DNA of 64,000 nucleotides from Marsupella aquatica (lineage: Eukaryota; Plantae; Marchantiophyta). The notes under the pieces are model-generated. The model did not search any database. It saw only the letters and a program-made list of their open reading frames with translations, and was not told where the DNA came from. The stretch covers positions 14,104,645 to 14,168,644 of the forward strand of contig OZ316893.1 in NCBI GenBank assembly GCA_973895155.1, in the 5' to 3' direction. This document shows positions 1-12,383 of this stretch, piece by piece; the stretch's first letter is position 1, and every line of letters starts with the position of its first letter. Position numbers and translations under genes: made by a program.

Positions 1-3000
1 CCCTTTCTTCTCAATGTACAACGTCGATGCAACTGCTGGTTGCAGAGCTGGAAATTTATTTATCACAGGGGCCACTCGAATAGAAAGATCAACTAGCATA
101 GCTCAAATCTCTTAGGAAAAATTAAGATTCACTGTTCTCTAATTATTTAGTAAAGAAATTCTCCCTCGTTTCTTCCTTTCTACTAGTCTCTGTGATCCAT
201 TCTTTGTCCACAGTTTGTCCAGAGTGCAAACTTACGTACTGTATGAATCAGATAGTGAAAATTCAAATTAAAGGATTCATACTTCCGTTTACGATGAATG
301 GCATCCGGGTGTTATCGAATCCTTACAATCAAGATGCGGAAATAAGATTTTTGGATCCTTAATCAAAGGTCATGGAATTTGACGGCCGACCTCTGCATAC
401 GACGTCGGAATGACCTCGTCTTAGGATTAAGTAGCCATTACTATAGCCTGACGCAAATTTTACAACTACCCATGCACGCCAGGTCAGGCCAGTTCAACAG
501 CTACAGGTTTCGAATTGTGGGTTCATTTGTAATTAATTTAAAAACATGAATATTTCCACTTCTGCATCGTTGCATTTTCACCGGTTCACATGTACAAATC
601 GAGCCTCTTTCATAAAGGAGAGGAAACTTAAGGCTACATACTTTCGTACGCGGCGAGTCAGGAGACCTCAAAGTCAAAAGCCAGCCATATCTCGAACGTT
701 AAGTCTATTTTCAAGACGGATGGTACTTTAGCGTCCTTTGTTTGATGAACCATGTCCCTAGTGAAGGTCCGGAGAGCAAGGTTAGCGGTACTGACACGGA
801 TCGCTTGTCTGTGATAATCACGAAAGCATTAGTCATGCAAGTCTGTAACAGATAAATGAATTGTGCAGAATCAGAATTTGTTGTAAGAGTATCGTTCAAT
901 TATACCTGCTTCCCACGCTGTCATAATTGTGGTCATTAATCCCGGTCATCAATACATGTATCTCTGGAAGTACATGCTCTTCGAGTCAGAGATTTCTATT
1001 ACTGGTACGTAACATCCTTCATTGGCCTAGACTGCATACTGAATCAACATCTGCTTCTCATCTATACCGTAGACCGCGTTCGTTCTAGAAGTTATCATGG
1101 TCGACCAGAATGGATCGAGCTCCGTGGACCAAATACTTCAAATATTTTAGAGAGGTCATCGTCCGTCTTCGATCTAACGGTGACACGTACATGATAGAAA
1201 CAAGGCAGAAGTCATGATTCCCAAGAGACAACTACTGTACACACTGAAGCTGCTGTACTAACGAAGCTGGTCACATCTTACGTGAACATCAATAAGATTT
1301 CGCAGTCACAAGCATTACACTTCGAAGACATCACAAAATGGAAGAAGCAGAAGAAGCAGAAGAAGCTTCATCCTTCCATCTACCGTAGTACAATGTTATT
1401 GTACCTTATTATTAAATCCAACACTACCCACAAGCTTGCCAGGCCAAGTGAGTCCGATTGTATGAACGTGAAGTCCTTCATCCACTGCCTGCCATAATAA
1501 TCGACACGTGAGGCGTGGCGGGAACTGTAACAAATTGATTAGTCACCAACCTGGCAGAGCAGACACGACTAAATGTATTCGTGTACAAATTATCGCTACC
1601 TTAGACAGGTGAACTAGTGACAGAATCTGACCGTGCCCAGAAATCATTCGGAGAACTCTATATGGACAATGCAAAGCCGACTTAATGTGTGTCCAGTAGA
1701 TTGATTTGAGTAACATTTAAATAGAAGCATCAGACGTGTGATCTGGTGAGCGAATCATTCTGGCAGAACCCATAATAAGTTATCTCGAGAGTGTTGCTTG
1801 CTTGCTGTCTGTCTATTACAGTAGTTTGATTTGAACCATTCAAATCAAACAGTTCTGTCGTGTTCCAAATTTTTATTTAAATATTTGCCCTGATGCTTCT
1901 TGTTACTTTTGAATATTTGTCCACAGATTTGGTTTGAATTTCAAATTCAAACTGTTCTCTACTGCTCCAGTATTTTTGCCGGAATTGTTTCCGGATAATT
2001 TTATGGGGAAAAATAAATCACAGGATTCAGTTCTTTCTAGCGGTTCATGCAAGGTATCATGTATTATTTCTGGCATAGAGAAATTATCTGTTAAGCTGTA
2101 AGAGGAAAAGGATTAATCCTGTTCACACCATATCATAATGACACTAAATACAACACTGGTTAGCACAAGAAAATCCCCAATCAAAATGAAAGCCCTCAAG
2201 CATTTATGTTGGAGACCACTCTTAAGGGAGACTGTTAGGGTTTACCTTACACATGGTTGTCTTGTTAGAAACTGCATGTAAAAATCACGGAAAGAAAACC
2301 AAGTTGGAACAAATCTACCTCTTGGCAAGCACTAAGATCTTATTCTATAATTATCCTTTCTATTGCTCGATCTGGGCAGAGTATGAATTCTCAAGGGTTC
2401 ATCCAAAGCTACTGTACCTTATTTAATTAAATTGTCACTCCAATGATCTCGTCTTAATCTAATGTCCTTATTTTTAATAACTTTTTGGAAAGCATGATCC
2501 TCTAGAGAATCTTATATGTATTTTGCCAAAGGGTCAAACAGAGTACAATGAAGGACAAACAAAAGAAGTTCTAAGTGGACAAACACGAAATGAACTCAAA
2601 AGAAGGGAGCAATTAAAGGGAAACCCTGAAAACCTTCTTTAGAAGGATTAAAAGAAACAAGAAAAAGAACTAACACTACCTTAGTGTGAGGAGGTAACAG
2701 TTCACATGTATGCCACATTGGGATGAATGTGGAGAGCATAATGAAAGGCCATGGAGAAAGGTGAATACCAATCGCCAAAATCTGGATAGAAGACAAATAC
2801 CCTTTACGACATTAAGGATATAGCCCTATACCCTTGACGGCATTAAGGGTGTCAATCAGTAAAATGTGGAGAGGGTGGGGAAAGGCACGGTGATAGGTGA
2901 ATAGTGTAATTGGCATACCTTTTTCATGATTTGGTGTGTGCAAACAATAACTAATTTTTTAAAGATTGGCGCCTATGTTCAAATCTGACCTCCCAAAATA

Positions 3001-3607
3001 TGTGCTCGAAAAATCTGCAAACGGTTTTGGGATGAGGAGGAAATAAAATTTCTGACATGTCAGCCAGGAAACCTCTACATGAGGCCAAGTGCCCTGGAAA
3101 ACAGTGCCAGTGTTTTCCAGGGCACTCAATATTTTGCTCAATCTTACCCAAACAGTGAGAGGGAGACAGGTACACCAAGAATACTTTGTAGTTGGAAATA
3201 AATGAAACAGCCACCTGCCAAACGTATGGAAGGAAGTAAAAATAACTTTTCACAATTGTGACCAAGTTACCACAGATATTTTACAGCGTACAGGGCCAGG
3301 GGATAGGTTACGGGGATTGTCCGTATTCTTTATGGCATGTAGGGTCTATTTATGGAATGTTCCTTACCTTAGTGCTGGGACAAAATGCCATGCAACTGCA
3401 CAATTGTAAAGGACAGACACAATGCCATAAATGGAAACCATGTAAAGATTTTCTTTGCATAGCACAAGTACTAGAATATTTTGCCACAAAACACTCATAA
3501 GTAAAGAGTACATTTGTATTTGGCAGCTCCTTCACACATGCGAGGGAGTGAAGATATAGTGGATCTATCATATCATATATTATTAGCTCAATAGTCGTGC
3601 GTTGCAC

Positions 3608-4270
3608 AAAAGATGTCGTGTCGGCCAAGATGTCGTGTCGGCCAAGATGTTGTTGAAGAAAAAGATGTCGTGTCGGCCAACACGTCATTAAGAAAAAAGA
3701 TGTCGTGTCGGCCAAGAAATCATTGCGACAAAGGATGTTGTTGAGAAAAATGATATAGTCTCGCCCAAGATATTGTGTCACCCAAGATGTCATAGAGAAA
3801 GAGATGTCAAGTTGCCTAAGATGTTGTGTTAAGAGAAAAGAAGTTGTGATGGCTAAGATGTCATTAATAAAAAAGATGTTGTGGTGCCCGAGATGTCATT
3901 AAGAGGAAAGACGTTGCATTGCACAAGATGTCATTATGATAGAGAAAAAGATGTCATGTCACCTAAGATGTTGTGTTAAGAGAAAAGAAGTTGTGTCGTC
4001 CAAGATGTTGTTAATAAAAAAAGATATTGTGGCGCCCAAGATGTCATGTCACCCAAGATGTCATAGAGATAAAAGATGTCATGTCACCCAAGATGTCATA
4101 GAGATAAAAGATGTCATGGCTCCCAAGATGTCATTAAGATAAAAGATGTTGTGTTGCCCAAGATGTTGTTACATGAAATATGTTGTGAAGAAAAAAGATG
4201 TTGTGTTGCCCAATATATCATCAAGTAAGAAGTCATTGTCAAGGAAATAGATGTTGTGCTGCCAATGATG
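3608..4270. repeat. Degenerate tandem minisatellite (AAGATGTCGTGTCGGCC / AAGATGTTGT...AAAA units)
   Basis: The CCAAGATGT(C/T) core recurs about every 17-40 bp over roughly 660 bp. Confidence 0.85.
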
Positions 4271-4475
4271 TCTTTATGCTACCCCTTGCATCTTGAAACC
4301 CCATTGGTAAGCCCAACTTTCTGGATACTATAGGCTTTTGAACTTAAAATTGCTGTGACCATCTCCTTGGCTTTGGCTGCCCAAATGCCAAGGCCCTTTG
4401 GGTTAATGGCACTACTTGCCTAACTTTTCAATGACTCTTTTTCTTACCCCTTGCATCCTGGAATCCCATTGGTAA

Positions 4476-4731
4476 CTCAGGGGCCTCAATCCAAGGGGTG
4501 TCCCATATCACGCGCAAATTTTTGGGCATAAACACCCTAAAAGTTAAGTCAATAAAGTTTTTTTTAGGAATTTTTTTACCCATAACTTAATTCTTAGAAT
4601 TCTCAAAATTGGATTAAAATAACCCTAATATTCTTCAACAAAAATTTAAAAGTATTTCACTAAACCCAATAAAAAAACCCTATACTTATTCGCGCGTGAT
4701 GGGTACGAAGAAAAGAAGTGAGGACCTCGGG
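4476..4731. mobile_element. MITE, 8-bp TSD family with CYCAGGGGCCTCA termini
   Basis: Termini CTCAGGGGCCTCAAT and AGTGAGGACCTCGGG. ATTGGTAA is duplicated at 4468-4475 and 4732-4739. The internal sequence is homologous to 55486-55797. Confidence 0.72.
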
Positions 4732-7630
4732 ATTGGTAACCCCAATTTTGGTTACTCTAAGCTTAGTTTGGTTAAAGTTGCCCCCCAATCACTTACTTAG
4801 CTTTGGCCGCCCCAATGTTGAGACCCTTTTGGGCAACTGCAAAGCTTGGCTGACTTTTCAACAGCCCTTTTTGGTCACAACTTACATCCTCAAACCCCAA
4901 TTTTTGTTACTTTAAGCTTAGTTTAATTGCTTAAAGTTGCCCCGGGTTGCTTACTTGGCTTTTGGCTGCCCCAATGCCGCAACCCCTTGGGGCAACAGCA
5001 CAGCTCAGCCCACTTTTCAACATAACTTTTCCTACCCTTTGCATGGAACCCCTTTGGTAACCTCATCCAAATTTACTTGGCTCCTTACTCTTGAACACCA
5101 TGCACCCTTGGGGTGGTGGTGTGGTTTGTAAAACTGTCCATTCAATATAATTGGATATTTGAGAAGAGGTGGTCCCTTCATATATACTTCTGGGGACGTT
5201 GCGCCCCTCGACCACATTTGGTCCCAATGTTTTGGACCCCAACCCATGAGTTCTAAATAGGGTTGCAAGTGATCATGGCAACCAAGGGCTTGTCGGGGAG
5301 TTGGAACCCGGCATGAATTTGACTTAGGGTTGGGGATGGGACCCTGGGATCTCGAGTTTCATTCCACCCGGGATGTTGGGTCCAGGCAAGGGCCAGGGTT
5401 GTCCCCAGACTTGTCAATGTTGTCATCGCTCCCTTGTTGCTCTCCCCTGTCATCACTCCCTTCTTGTCACTCATCGTTGCTCCCTCTCCGCTTGCTTCTC
5501 CATCGTCACTCCCTCCGCCGTCTCTCCCTTTGTCACTCCCTCCATCAAGGGTCCCTCCGTCGCTCCCTTGTTGCCCCCTTATCGCTGCAGGTAGTTGGGA
5601 GTTGACTTGTGAGTCAGGGAGTTGAGGCAGGGCTTTGAGGCTAGGCAGGCCTCAAGGCAGGGAGTTGAGTTTGAGGCCCGGTTTGAGGCAGGCCTCAAGG
5701 CAGGGAGTTGCATTATGTGTCGAGGCAAGGGGGTGGCAGAGAGTCAAGGCAAGGAGTTGCGAGTTGGGAGTCGAGGCAGGGAGTCGGGCGTCAAGGAGGC
5801 AAGTTGTTTTAGGCGGGGGTGGGCAAGTAGGGCGCAAGCATCGGTCGATTGGGGCAGATGGCCGCGTCTTGGCAAGTTGGGATGTCGGAGTAGGGGTGCC
5901 CAAGGGAGGCATGCAAAGGGCCAGGCACCAAAAGAAGGGGTGTCATTGGGACGTGGGAGGTTTAGTATTTAATGGCTCCAAGTCGGGCCGAGGAGGGAGA
6001 AAGCGGCCGCAACTTTGGGAGAATGGGAGCACAAGGGAGAGAGTGCCGTGCAGCCCTGCAACTAATTTTTTTTGTTTAATTATTGCTTCCGGTGCTGGTT
6101 TTTGTCACCCAAAAAACCCCAGTAATTTCAAACGACGACCACTGCAAAAATGCGTGCAACTGTTTATTATAGAAGTTAATATTTTTTGGCAAAAGTGGCG
6201 GGAAAAGTGGTGAGCACATTTTGGGGAGGTGTAATTTGGCAAACGTTTGCACCTAAAAAATAAGTTGTTTGTTCCAAGGAAAAAATAAGTTGTTTAGATC
6301 CAGGCAAGGGTGAGGGTCTCAGGAGTCATCGTAGCTTCCTTGTCACTCTCCCTCATCCTCTCATTGCTCTCCCTCTAGTGGCCATTCTTCAGTTGTTGTT
6401 GCTTAAAAGCCCTCATTAAATGCTGGAGCCCCTTATGAGCTCACATAGGCTTGGAATAGAGAGCTCCAAACTCAAAAATGAAAGAAGTTAGGCTCCTTCC
6501 TCTCACTTAAAAGTTGTACTCTGTAGGTACAATTGTACCTCCTTATAGGACCTCTATTCTTTGTACCTTGTACCTGGGGTTGGGGCTCCCAAGGGTAACG
6601 AGTTCATAAGTTTGTACCTGCAGGGTCAACAGTACCTGCCTTGTGAGTACCTGCCTTGTGCATCGGATACCGGGCCACTAGATACCGGGCCTGTACCTGG
6701 TTTCTTCATTTCCCTTGCCCCTTTTTTTTCTTTTTATTGGTTCCATATTTACAGGTTTGAATTTTTCTCACGCAAAAAGATGAACTTAAAGCCCCGATGG
6801 ACACAGACCTTTGCATATATGACCCGGATGGACACACTAGATTTACAGTGTCACGACGACCTTCATTGACACCCAAAACGTATTAGCGGTCTCTCATTAA
6901 CGGAACTTAATCTGGGACCGGAGGACTTAACATTGGCTTAGTGTCTGCATTGTTTTTCCGTCCTTCCTCCAACCCACGAGTTGTCCACACTGTTCAAGGT
7001 CGAGCTGCTTCTGCCACGAGAAGCAAAAGCCAGAGCTTCGCCCCTTGGCATCGTAGAGGAAGCACAAGCCCTCGTTGAGATTGAATGTAGGATGCGCTGC
7101 AACACGGAGACTAGCTGCACTGCGCTACGATTTGGGGGGCTAGTTCCGCTGCGCTTTGATTCAGGCTATCGGCGGCTGCGATTCACGCTATCGGGGGCTG
7201 GCTGCGCTGCAAAACATGATTGAGGCGTTGCAAAGCTGCGCTGCGATTCAGGGGCTGTGATTGAGGGGCTACGCTTTGCTGCAAATCACTATGAAACATG
7301 ATTGAGGTTGGCTGGCTGCACTGAGCTGCAATTGAGGCTATCAAACTGCACTGCACTACAAAAACTAGGAGCATGTTGCGCTGCGAAAGGAGGGCTGCCT
7401 AGCTGGAAGTGGTGAGGTGGAGAATTGGGGCGCAGCAGGGAGGTTATATTGGAACAGCTTCAACAATTCATTGATTGCTCATGCACGACTTGGGTGAAGC
7501 AATTTTTGACATCAGGTGGAGACTTAAACTTTATAGATGTTTCCTTTGTTGCTGAAAACAGTGATGCTATTCATTGGCAACAAAGATGTGAAATGTAACT
7601 TACATACATTGAATGCATATTCATAACCAG

Positions 7631-10460
7631 GATGTTCAAATTCCCAAGATTGTAACTACTGTGAATAATGCACAGGAGTTACAGCGGGGCACATACACCA
7701 AGGACCCTGAAGATATCTCTGGTTCTGGATCTTGGCCAGATTCACACGAACATGACCTACAATCTCAATCCTATCACACCACTGATTTTGGATCTTCTAG
7801 TGACAACACTGAAGAAGAATCACAGCCCACATTTGATGACAATGACTATCGTGAATGGACCTGCGGTTCTGAAGGCCATACAGAATTGAGGCAAATCCCC
7901 TGAGAAATATCCACATATTGATATCAATGAGCTTGTCCAAGATGACTTTCACTCGATCTTAGATCCAGCGGAATCAGGTACAGGCTATGTACCCCAGCTC
8001 ATTCGTTTGTCAACATTTATTCATTTCTGGTTCAGTTCCCTTGTTTAACTATAATTGGCAATTGCCATGCAGGATTTGTGAACAATCATCAACCATCTGA
8101 GTTGGAACTGAAATTGCTCAAAGGGCAACAATATGTGTCTTGGAATGAATTTAATAGAGCATTAGATGAATATGAGGCCAAAGCAGGATGGAGTTTCACC
8201 AGATTAGCTAGGAATAGAACCAGATTCATGGGTAAGTGTAGAGGATTTGATGTGAAATATTTGAACTCCTGCAAAGCTGAACTTTATGTTAGGCACATGA
8301 AAGAAAGTGGTAGAGTTTGCATACAGAAAAGTTACCTTATCCACACCTGTTCACAATCGTCACACAAGTGGAGACATAGTGCTCATAAGAGACGATGGGT
8401 AGAGGAAAAGGTACAGTCAAGCATCCGTGTTAACCCTAACACGTCCAATAAAGACTTGAGAGGGCACATTCATGATATCCATTCTGCAGATACGACTGTA
8501 TGGACTGCATAACAAGCATGGCGGAAAGTTATCCGAAAGCTAGGTGGTGATCATGGCACTTCCTTCCAGATGATTCCAGCATATGTGGCTAAAGTGAAAC
8601 ATACTGACCCTGGATCACACGTACTGTATGAAACATATGAAACTGACAATTGATTCCGCAGAATTTTCATGGCACCAGCATCTTCACAAAATGCCTTCAT
8701 CCATGTTCGACCTTTTGTTGGGATGGATGCTACACACACAGGTAACACCAGTGAGAGGGTTTCATACATTTCATACCATATCATTGAATTGGTTTCTATT
8801 TGACTATCACTGCAAGCACCTACTACATCACTAATATCTCTCTCTTGCAATAGGAGGCGAATTTCCCATGATTATATTACTGGCTACAACATTTTATTGT
8901 AACAATCACATTTTGCTATTAGCATGGGCTGTTGTTGGGGTCGAGAACAAGGAAAATTGGATTTGGTTCATGGCTCATCTTGATCGAGCCTATCCTAGAA
9001 TGAGGATGGAGAGAGAGACTGTCATTGTCTCAGACCGTGATAAAGGCTTGATCCCAGCAGTTCAAACCATCTGGGGTGACATTCATCACTCTTTTTGCAC
9101 ACGACATATTAGGGCAAATGTAATAACCAACTCAGACAAAGCACTCGGTGACTGGTTTCTTAAGGTATGTCATTCCATTTATTAATTTCATGCAATTTGA
9201 CCTTTTTCCCACCATACATTCACTTGTTATGACTCGGTTTAATACTTACTTCACTCATATGTCTTTTGACTGGTCAGTTGGCCCATGAGGTTTGCAAATC
9301 CGAGTTTGATCGCATGTTGGACGAGTACCAGCCACTGAATGACCATCATGAAGCTGGGATCAGATATATTTGAGCCATTGACCCAAAGCTATACTCACGT
9401 CATGCCTTTCCAGTACCAAGGTCAAACACCAACACGACCTTGACTTTTGTTTAAACCGTATCATATTCTTTGTTTCAGGATTTTGATTATTGTACATGTT
9501 GGTATGTAGGTGGGGTCATACTACCTCAAACGTAGTGGAGATTTTGAATGGAGTAATAAAACCTATTCGCAAATTGCCTGCATTACTAATATGCAAGGAA
9601 CTGTGGGACTACACAATGACCAAGCATTACAGCAGAGCAGTTGAGGCAGCAAGTAAGAATAATTTGATCTTTTGAATACTTACATTTTTTTCTTGCATGA
9701 ACGCCTACCTTTGTGGCAGTAAGTATTAATCTGTACATATTGCATATATTGTAGCTTGGCCTGCAGGTGATAATAGCTTGACTCAACATGCAAGATGGAT
9801 GTTGAATACATTGTACACAAAAGCCGGGGGGGTTGATGAGCATCCATCATCTGCCACAATTGCTTTGATGTGTGATACCCAAGGACAATGGGCCCTGGAT
9901 GTGGAGTCAAGACAATGTGAATGCAAAGATTGGGTTGAGATGGGGTTTCCGTGTGTTCATGCAGTGAAGTTTTGTTGCAATCGAGGATTGGATGAGAAAT
10001 TATACATTGACAACATTTGGAAAGCCAAATCGCAGGTTAGTAGGTCAGATTTATCCAAGGTCAGATTTATCCAAGGTCATATTGATCCATTCCATTGACG
10101 TGGATACTTGGCCTGCAGGTACTAGCTTACACTGTCAGTCTTCCCCCAATTTCATTAGATGGTTTACAGCAAGATGCGAATTCTCTCCAGCCTCTTATTG
10201 TTGCATCTAAGAAGAAGGCATCTGCGTCAATGAAGCGAATGAAATCAAGGTAATTCATGTTCTACATGAAGCTATATAATTCGTTCCATTCTCAAAATTC
10301 AGGCTATGCTAATTATGAAATGTTTGTATATAGGTTTGAGGGTGTCATTGCCTCTGAGCGCATTGCAGCCAAGCAACACCAAAAGTGTGGTATTTGTAAA
10401 AAACCAGGCCATAATCGTTGAGGATGTGTTGTCCCAAACCAAAGAGCCAGGTCTGCATGA
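7631..10460 (+). pseudogene. MuDRA/MULE DDE transposase, multi-exon, with premature stops
   Basis: N-terminal MuDR domain (KGQQYVSWNEFNRALDEY...CKAELYV...HTC). Catalytic motifs FVGMDATHT (~8716-8740), LAWAVVGVENKENWIWF, IVSDRDKGL..HSFCTRHI and TTSNVVEILN. SWIM zinc finger (CECKDWVEMGFPCVHA) and a C-terminal CGICKKPGHNR*GC knuckle. GT-AG introns at about 8742-8854, 9164-9277, 9421-9509, 9653-9766, 10036-10118 and 10250-10333. In-frame stops include 8510-8512 and ~8651. The 5' end is uncertain. Confidence 0.92.
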
Positions 10461-10729
10461 ACAGGTCTGCTGATTTTTTTAGGGTTTGCTCCATTCACAC
10501 AATGGAGAGGGACAAGATTGAGGCTGAATGGATGATTTGGGATACCCGACCTGCACCAAAATCTCTTTTTCTCAATGGTATGAGGAGACTCAGCAAAGTA
10601 GGGTATAGGAAGTGATTTTTTACATGAGTTGATTAGGCATAGCATTCACAAGACATTGAGTGAATTGCTATGAAGCTGTCACTATGCAGTGCTACATTAA
10701 CATGATTGCCTATAATTATGGGCTTCAGT

Positions 10730-11722
10730 TTACATATCCTGAACCATGTTGTATTGAGAACGCAACTCTTCCAAATACTCTATGGATCGCCTAACTTCTG
10801 CCTCCTTTGCTGCTAATTCATCCTCACACTTTTCAATCAAGCTGCGTAGATGACTCAGGTATGCTGAGCGTACATTTTGGTGAGTGCAGTCATAATATGT
10901 ATCACTAGGTGGAGATTGAACATCTCCAATGTCCAATCAATGCATTGAAGAATGATCCAAACCATCTACTCCATCATCACTCTCACGCTCCAAATCAGGG
11001 GATGTCACTGGAATTGGCCTCATGATGTTGTGTGAGTCTGGACTCACATACTCCTCGCATGAAGAAGCGGCAACACACTCCCCAACATACTGGATTTGAT
11101 GCTCAGGGGAGTAAGTGGGTGTTGGGTGAGATTCATAACCCGTAGTGACAATGTGTCCTGGCAAGGGTGTGGCATGAAATGAACATACATTTTTTAGGGT
11201 CATGCCAACAATATACCAAGCTAGATCATCCGATTGCTCCACAGGACGCTGAAATATTATCTCAAAAATGAAGTATGTGCCAAGGAGGTTCTGCATGCGT
11301 GATAGAAGAAGGTCACGCTGCTCCAAAAAAGGTAGTACAGAGAACTCAGCAGCATCATATGAAGAGGGTCCAACCCTCAGGATGTCACTGCCAACATCCC
11401 ACACTACACACTCCACGGTCTGCACATCGTCTGTAAGGACCACCCAAAACCGCCAGAACCAAGTTGCCGTGTTTCGGTTGTCACATGGACCATCGTGAGT
11501 TGAGGGGTACTGTCCACCATGTAGGTCCAAAGAGCGTGATGGAGCCGTAGATCTTTTGCACAATTTACTTGAGTTACGGATCTTCTGTCCACAACCCAAA
11601 TAGGTGAAACACCCTAGCATAGGGAGGATGTGAGTCAATCGAGTTCGAACGTGTGCTTGAATCTGTGCACCATACGACAAGTCTTTGGCCACGAGCGAGT
11701 ATAGAATCCAGTGTGTGGACAC
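10730..11722 (-). pseudogene. RPA70 C-terminal (DBD-C)-like zinc-binding OB-fold protein with coiled-coil tail, MULE cargo
   Basis: ORFs 10937-11722 and 10730-10936 are in the same frame, separated by one TGA. The sequence AHVRTRLTHI...FTYLGC...LCKRS...H...C...TWFWRFWVVLTDDVQTVECVVWD.GSDIL...DAAEF...MQNLLGTYFIFEI follows the RPA1 DBD-C pattern (Y-x-[AG]-C..C, strand ending in D, CxxF/W, F-x-F-x-I). The C-terminus is a heptad-rich helix (LRSLIEKCEDELAAKEAEVRRSIEYLEELR). Confidence 0.7.
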
Positions 11723-12383
11723 CAGTCATGTGAGTGCGATTATGACAAGATTTTTGCATCCTACAGTGCATCATGTACAAAACCAACCATGCTCAGTGGG
11801 TGCCTTATATATGGGCTCATTATGTCCATGAACATGCAGCTTGAAGTTGAATATGAGTGCATAACAAGGGGCGGTTACAATGGGCCGTTCAGAGCAGACT
11901 TGGATTAAAATATCCGTGCTGGAAATGATCATGTAATATAATTATAAGATAGTGTATCGGTTCTTACAAGAATGAATCTCAAAGTGAACTACAACCTGTC
12001 TACAAAGCAGGGCCAAAATTGTGACTCCATCCATCATTGGTAATGCACAAAATTTCTTCAATGACATGCTGGTCCTGTCTGAGGTACCCAACCCCTAATT
12101 TCAACATCACATCTAAACTCCATCCTGCAAGCCACCATTTAGGACGGGGACCAGGTCCTGATAGTACAGGCCCCAACGCCCTCCAATAATCTGATGAGTC
12201 AACCACATGTCTCCACCCGTTGAGTATACCCAATCCCCTCCGCTTCACCCTGCCCCTCTGCTGCACCAGACTGAAGGGCAGAATCCATAGTTTAGAGGCC
12301 CTTGAAGGAACCTAAAGAAGGCAATGATCAGTGACATTGCACAATGCATCATGTCTACTAGAGCCCAACAAACCCAGGCCATG

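Noticed and set aside
1-2050. Possible retroelement LTR or internal remnant at the window start
   Set aside because: No PBS, PPT, paired terminus or gag/pol motif is visible within the window.
5330-6213. Overlapping ORFs of 63-192 aa
   Set aside because: They arise from C/T-rich then G/A-rich low-complexity repeats that lack stop codons. No recognisable domain.
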